Both the position numbers and the translations under genes were made by a program. The notes below the pieces were generated by a model. The model was not told where the DNA came from. It worked only from the letters and a program-made list of their open reading frames with translations, and searched no databases. From positions 1 through 49,576 of the IMG/VR virus record IMGVR_UViG_3300027007_000029: a stretch of 49,576 nucleotides of DNA; one strand, given 5' to 3'. Source of the DNA: a virus. Its lineage: Duplodnaviria > Caudoviricetes. Positions 45,246-49,576 of the stretch are shown one piece after another (position 1 is the first letter of the stretch; every line of letters begins with the position of its first letter).

Positions 45246-46196
45246 ATGGCATTTTACCGCGAGATTACGACGAAGGACGACGTACCGCTCAGCACCCTCC
45301 TGCTCGAAGCTGTCACCGAGCTGGAACTGTTCAACGAAGCCCCCCGAATCATCCGTGAGACGCTGACGCAGACTGTCAACGAGCAGACGTTCCGCGTCTA
45401 CACGGGCGATATGACGTGGGAGGAGCTGGCTGAGGGCGAGCACGCTCGGACGGGCACGATGGACTCGACCGAGATGGCCTTCAGCGTGAAGACCTACGGG
45501 CGCTCGCTCGGCTACACGCAGGAGTTCATCGAGGACAACGAGGCTGACCTGATCCGCCGGCATTTCTCGAAGATGGTCGAGGGTGCGCTGGAGAAGGAGC
45601 ACGAGGTCGTCTTCGACGTTATCCGCAACGGCTGGGCCAACGGCTCTAACCTCTGGTTCAACCCCGAGGACTTCGGGGACTACACCTTCGACAAGACCCA
45701 CGACCACAGCTTCGCGGATACGCAGGAGCTTTTCGAGCGCAATGGTGCCACCGACACCAACGCGCACACCCCGTCTGAGCACCTGATGGAGCTCAAGGCT
45801 GAGCTCGAACACCACGGCAAAGTCGCTGACATTGCGGTGATCGGCTTCGACTTCGCCCGCGAGCTTCTGAAAGAGCTCTCCTGGGGCGCACAATACAACA
45901 TCCCCACCTTCGAGTCCCTCCGAGAAATGGGCTACCCCGACTCTGGCATCGTTCTCGACGGGATGCGTGTCGTTCGCTCGGCGTACCTTCCCGGTATGGA
46001 AGCCCACGTCGTCGCGGCGGCGGAGCGCCCGATCTACTTCCACGAGCGCCGTGCGGTCCAGCTCACGCAGGGCCAGAACGGTGGGCCGATTGGCGACCCC
46101 GGACAGCTCATTGGGAGCTACGGCTCGGCTCGCTACGGTGCGGTCTGTGTCGATCCGCTGGCAGGCGCGAAGTGCGTCGCTGACAACCTCGCATAA
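45246..46196 (+). CDS. Major capsid protein (HK97 fold)
   Basis: LAEGE, VKTYGRSLGYTQEFIEDN, ARYGAVCVDP; position. Confidence 0.85.
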   Translation: MAFYREITTKDDVPLSTLLLEAVTELELFNEAPRIIRETLTQTVNEQTFRVYTGDMTWEELAEGEHARTGTMDSTEMAFSVKTYGRSLGYTQEFIEDNEADLIRRHFSKMVEGALEKEHEVVFDVIRNGWANGSNLWFNPEDFGDYTFDKTHDHSFADTQELFERNGATDTNAHTPSEHLMELKAELEHHGKVADIAVIGFDFARELLKELSWGAQYNIPTFESLREMGYPDSGIVLDGMRVVRSAYLPGMEAHVVAAAERPIYFHERRAVQLTQGQNGGPIGDPGQLIGSYGSARYGAVCVDPLAGAKCVADNLA

Positions 46197-46202
46197 ATCT
46201 AA

Positions 46203-46580
46203 ATGAGTCTGAGTACCGACGACCGTGAGCTTCTGAGTGGGGTTCGGGCCGGGCTCGGACTCTCGTCTGAGGCGGCGGTTACTGACGACGATCTCGAACG
46301 GGAGTTGACTGAGGCAAAGCGGCTCCTGTCTCGGGAGCTGTATTCTCGGCTGGCCGCGGGTGAAACTCTGTCCTTCACCGGGGCGGAACGCTCCGCCCTC
46401 GAAGCTCTCGTCACTCTCCGCGCCGCGAGGCTGAAGGGAGCGGGGGTGGCCGCTTCCGCCGAAATCCCGCGAGTAGTTTCCATCGGGAAGGCTACTCGGA
46501 CGGACTTCGGCAATGCAGACCTGAATTTCAAGCGCGATGCTCTGCGGCTGGCGCTATCGAGGATTACTAATGGCAACTGA
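46203..46580 (+). CDS. Head-tail adaptor-like protein
   Basis: Position after MCP; helical. Confidence 0.6.
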   Translation: MSLSTDDRELLSGVRAGLGLSSEAAVTDDDLERELTEAKRLLSRELYSRLAAGETLSFTGAERSALEALVTLRAARLKGAGVAASAEIPRVVSIGKATRTDFGNADLNFKRDALRLALSRITNGN

Positions 46581-46971
46581 CGACTACACGATGGGCCAGG
46601 AGGTGACGAAACACCTCGGTATGACGGTCGCGGAAGATCGTCTCCGGGGGTTGGTTGCTCGGGCGAAGCGCGAAATGCTGGCCGAAACGAATCTGGATAC
46701 CATCGACTTCTACGGGAACGCCCACGCTGAATCGGCGCTGTTCTGGCTGACCTGTATCTACGTCGTCGGGGAACAGTCCTCGGGGGGCTCCGGCTTTGCG
46801 ATTGGTGAGCTGGAAGTAGACGCCGGTTCGTCTGACCGTGATCCGCTCGTGGTCTGGCGTCGGCGGTATAACGACCGCCTGAGTGGACTCAGCGGCTCCG
46901 GTGGCTATGCGCTTGGAACCTCGAACCGGACTGACCGAGAGTACGACTTCAGCGACAACTCTACCTACTAA
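46570..46971 (+). CDS. Head-tail adaptor-like protein (apparent paralog)
   Basis: AKRE...F.G...SAL..L...IGE shared with the previous ORF. Confidence 0.6.
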   Translation: MATDDYTMGQEVTKHLGMTVAEDRLRGLVARAKREMLAETNLDTIDFYGNAHAESALFWLTCIYVVGEQSSGGSGFAIGELEVDAGSSDRDPLVVWRRRYNDRLSGLSGSGGYALGTSNRTDREYDFSDNSTY

Positions 46972-47336
46972 TGGCTACGTTCGACACCTTCAGATCGGAG
47001 GCTTCCGCCAAGATACAGGCGGCTGGATATGCGTCTGAAATCCGGCGGAAGTCGGGTGAGACGACGGGGCGCTACGGCTCTCGGCCCGCGTTTTCAACGG
47101 TTGGCACGGAGTCGGTTATTGTTGTGCGGCGGTCTCGCCGGGCGACTATTGACCGGACCCGGATGGGCGATGTTCGCACGGACGAGCCCCTGATGGTGTT
47201 CACGCGAGACGCGGATATTCAGGAGGACGACCGGGTGGTGTACGGCCTTGATGGGCTGACCTATCGAGTGCTGGCAACGTCGATCTATCCGACTCACGTT
47301 GAGGCTCGCGTTCAAGTGAGCCACGAGGAACCGTAG
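46971..47336 (+). CDS. Head closure (gp16-like) protein
   Basis: ADIQEDDRV...TYRV. Confidence 0.65.
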   Translation: MATFDTFRSEASAKIQAAGYASEIRRKSGETTGRYGSRPAFSTVGTESVIVVRRSRRATIDRTRMGDVRTDEPLMVFTRDADIQEDDRVVYGLDGLTYRVLATSIYPTHVEARVQVSHEEP

Positions 47337-47759
47337 ATGGGCGATTTTGATATTCACATTGAGTTTTCCGCCAACGACGTGGCTTCTGATATTACGGAGG
47401 CTATTGAGGCGGGGATCGAGGACTCCCAAAAATCGCTCGCAAAGACACTTCCGAGAGTCGCGCAGGCAAAGCTCCGATCTCGGGAAGCGATGTTCCGGAG
47501 AGAGGTTCTTCACGGGTTCAAAACGAAGAAAACGAACGGCGGAGGCGTCTACGAGCTTCGGGTGTTCAACGTCTCTGACCACGCTTCTTACGTCGAACAC
47601 GGCGTCCGAGGGGTGTGGGCGGGGACGAGCACCGAGCACGAATACTCTACGAAGCGCCCGCCCGTCGAGGAGCTACTACCGTGGGTTGAGCAGAAGCTCT
47701 CTGGTTGGACGCTTGTTACGTCGCCGGAGACGGGTCGGAGCCGACTGGTGCCGGCCTGA
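47337..47759 (+). CDS. HK97 gp10-like neck protein, N-terminal part
   Basis: HASYVEHG, RPPVEELLPWV. Confidence 0.7.
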   Translation: MGDFDIHIEFSANDVASDITEAIEAGIEDSQKSLAKTLPRVAQAKLRSREAMFRREVLHGFKTKKTNGGGVYELRVFNVSDHASYVEHGVRGVWAGTSTEHEYSTKRPPVEELLPWVEQKLSGWTLVTSPETGRSRLVPA

Positions 47760-47938
47760 TGCCCTCGATTGACGACTACGACGAGGACACGGTAGCGAAG
47801 GCGTACCACGTTGCTGAGCAAATCTACCGATACGGTCTGAGGCCGGTCGGCTATATGGATTCAGCGCACGGGTACGCGGAGCGGAACGCGGCCCGCATTG
47901 TCGCGCAGAAAATTGAACAGAGGCTCAAAGACCGATGA
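47759..47938 (+). CDS. HK97 gp10-like neck protein, C-terminal part
   Basis: AYHVAEQIYRYGLRPVGYMDSA. Confidence 0.55.
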   Translation: MPSIDDYDEDTVAKAYHVAEQIYRYGLRPVGYMDSAHGYAERNAARIVAQKIEQRLKDR

Positions 47939-48468
47939 ACGAATCTGACGTACTCGTACTTCTTCTCGACGAGCTCCGGTCTCTCACGTCGGCCCCGGTC
48001 TTTCTGGAAGGGTCCGGCGAGGAGCGGGCGGAATCTCCGTCTGTCGCCATTGAGGATTACTTCACAACGCCGCTTCCGCACCGAAACGGGGCGCGGAAGT
48101 ACGTGGGGCCGGTGGTTGACGATCAGACCGGCGAGGAAATTGGAAAGGAGTACCACTTCTATTTCGAGTTTTCTGCCGATGTAATTGTCCGAGAAGACAC
48201 CGAAGAAGCACGAGACGATCTTCTCAACGCGATCCTCCAGCACTTCGGCCCCTACGCTGACGATCCCCGCGATCTCGACGCTGATCTCTGCGAGCTGGAA
48301 ATCGGATCGGCGTCGGCGCGGAGCGTTATCTTCCGTGAACCGGACTGGTTCGAGGGTGGGCGTGACCTTCGTCTCGTCTATCTGACCCGCGTCACGACGG
48401 GCGGTGATACGCTTGAAGAAATCGAGCGCGTCGTCGATCCCGACTTCACCGTATCCCGCGATCTCTGA
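47935..48468 (+). CDS. Tail terminator / completion protein
   Basis: Position before the sheath; PSVAI...F.ADVIV...ARDDL. Confidence 0.6.
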   Translation: MNESDVLVLLLDELRSLTSAPVFLEGSGEERAESPSVAIEDYFTTPLPHRNGARKYVGPVVDDQTGEEIGKEYHFYFEFSADVIVREDTEEARDDLLNAILQHFGPYADDPRDLDADLCELEIGSASARSVIFREPDWFEGGRDLRLVYLTRVTTGGDTLEEIERVVDPDFTVSRDL

Positions 48469-48505
48469 GCTCTGAGCGGCTGAGCGACGCGGTTTTTATC
48501 TTACT

Positions 48506-49576
48506 ATGGCAATCACTATTGGAAACACTACCCTTCCGGGCGTCTCCGTCCGGCAGGAGTCGAACAGCTCGGTCGGCATCAACACCACGGCCCCCGCGGA
48601 TGTAGGGATCGTCGGTGAGGCTGACCTTACGAACGGCACGGCAAGCGCAAACACGCTCTATACCGTCACCACCGCACCGCAGGCGACCCGCCTGTTTGGT
48701 GACTCTCCCCTCGGGCGAAACGTCGTGGGGGCACTCCAGAACGGAGCCTACCCGATCTACGCGGTCGCGTGTGCCACCGTCGACGTTACCGACGAGGACA
48801 TTTCCGGTCTCGGCACGACGAGTGGCACCTTCTCGAACGGCCCTCTCCCCGAAGATGCAAGCTCGATCAGCTTCACTGTCGACAGCACTTCGCTCTCGGT
48901 GGTTCTGACCCTCGACGACCCCTCGACTAAGACGCCGGCCTCTGGCGAGGTCTACGTCAACGTTCACAGCGCGGAGTTCGAGCTCGACGCCGCCCCGAGT
49001 ACGTCGGGGACCGTGGACTACTCCTACCTCGACTACACGACCGCGCTCGGTACGATCCAGAGCGAAGCCGGCAACGTGATCGACTGGCTCGGGATTCTGA
49101 ACGAGAACAGCGACGCTCGAAATACGCTTCAGGCGACTGTTAGCTCACTCAACTCGTCGTTCAAGCCCACTATTGGCGTGGTCGGCGCAGGCACGTACAT
49201 CACGGACACGTCGGCGTACACGAACCCGTTTGACGACAGTCATATGCAGGTTCTCTACTGCCCGCGTGACCCGGACGGCGAATCCCTGATCGGAGCATAC
49301 CTCGGCGTTCGCGGTCGGATTGGCATTGACCAGTCGGGTATGCGAAAGCGCCTGTCTGGTGTCGAGGGACTACTGCGGAACCCGACGGACACGGAGAAGG
49401 CCGATCTCGACGCGGCGAAGGTCGTCGTCATTGAGGCTGGTCCCCGCGGCCCGCGGATGATGAACGACCCGACGTGTGTCGACGACTCGAACACCGACGA
49501 GCTGGCCTACAACCACGGCCTCGCTCGCCTTCTTGGGGACTACATCACCCTCATTGTGGAGGAAATTTCCGACCCA
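48506..49576 (+). CDS. Tail sheath protein, truncated by the window end (not in ORF track)
   Basis: MAITIGNTTLPGVSVRQES...VGIVGEA...RLFGDSPL...ALQNGAYPIYAV is a typical sheath N-terminus; frame appears open to the end. Confidence 0.8.
   Translation, partial: MAITIGNTTLPGVSVRQESNSSVGINTTAPADVGIVGEADLTNGTASANTLYTVTTAPQATRLFGDSPLGRNVVGALQNGAYPIYAVACATVDVTDEDISGLGTTSGTFSNGPLPEDASSISFTVDSTSLSVVLTLDDPSTKTPASGEVYVNVHSAEFELDAAPSTSGTVDYSYLDYTTALGTIQSEAGNVIDWLGILNENSDARNTLQATVSSLNSSFKPTIGVVGAGTYITDTSAYTNPFDDSHMQVLYCPRDPDGESLIGAYLGVRGRIGIDQSGMRKRLSGVEGLLRNPTDTEKADLDAAKVVVIEAGPRGPRMMNDPTCVDDSNTDELAYNHGLARLLGDYITLIVEEISDP

Larger units (their letters stand above)
1..49576. mobile_element. Temperate haloarchaeal tailed virus / provirus (Caudoviricetes, myovirus-like), partial
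   Basis: Integrase, PolB/primase/helicase module, TerL-portal-protease-scaffold-MCP-neck-sheath module; acidic proteins and high GC typical of Halobacteria. Confidence 0.93.

Overview
A ~49.6 kb stretch of a temperate haloarchaeal tailed virus or provirus (GC-rich DNA, very acidic proteome). The tail sheath suggests myovirus morphology. Left end: tyrosine integrase and a Type IIG restriction-modification gene. From ~5.6 to 32 kb: mostly leftward early/replication genes (TGT/DpdA-like protein, PolB, Cas4/RecB-like nuclease, Nmad1/DUF1599-like protein, HAD phosphatase, metallophosphoesterase, fused AEP primase, AAA+ ATPase/helicase, DUF932, MaoC and many small zinc-finger proteins). A ~1.5 kb non-coding divergence region follows, then rightward virion genes (LamG fibre, BppU, TerS, TerL, portal, protease, scaffold, MCP, neck, tail sheath truncated at the window end). 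The most striking unexplained signal is in the intergenic DNA of the early arm: about 11 tRNA-like mini-elements (acceptor-like stem plus T-arm, no anticodon arm), usually followed by a CCCC/GGGG hairpin and often by a CCTGAACCC motif just before the start codon. Three of these elements form an array at 20.1-20.6 kb whose spacers are complementary to the leaders of the first two early genes. I infer a viral RNA-punctuation and small-RNA system that uses host tRNA-processing enzymes. All protein family calls come from motif recognition by eye, not from database searches.
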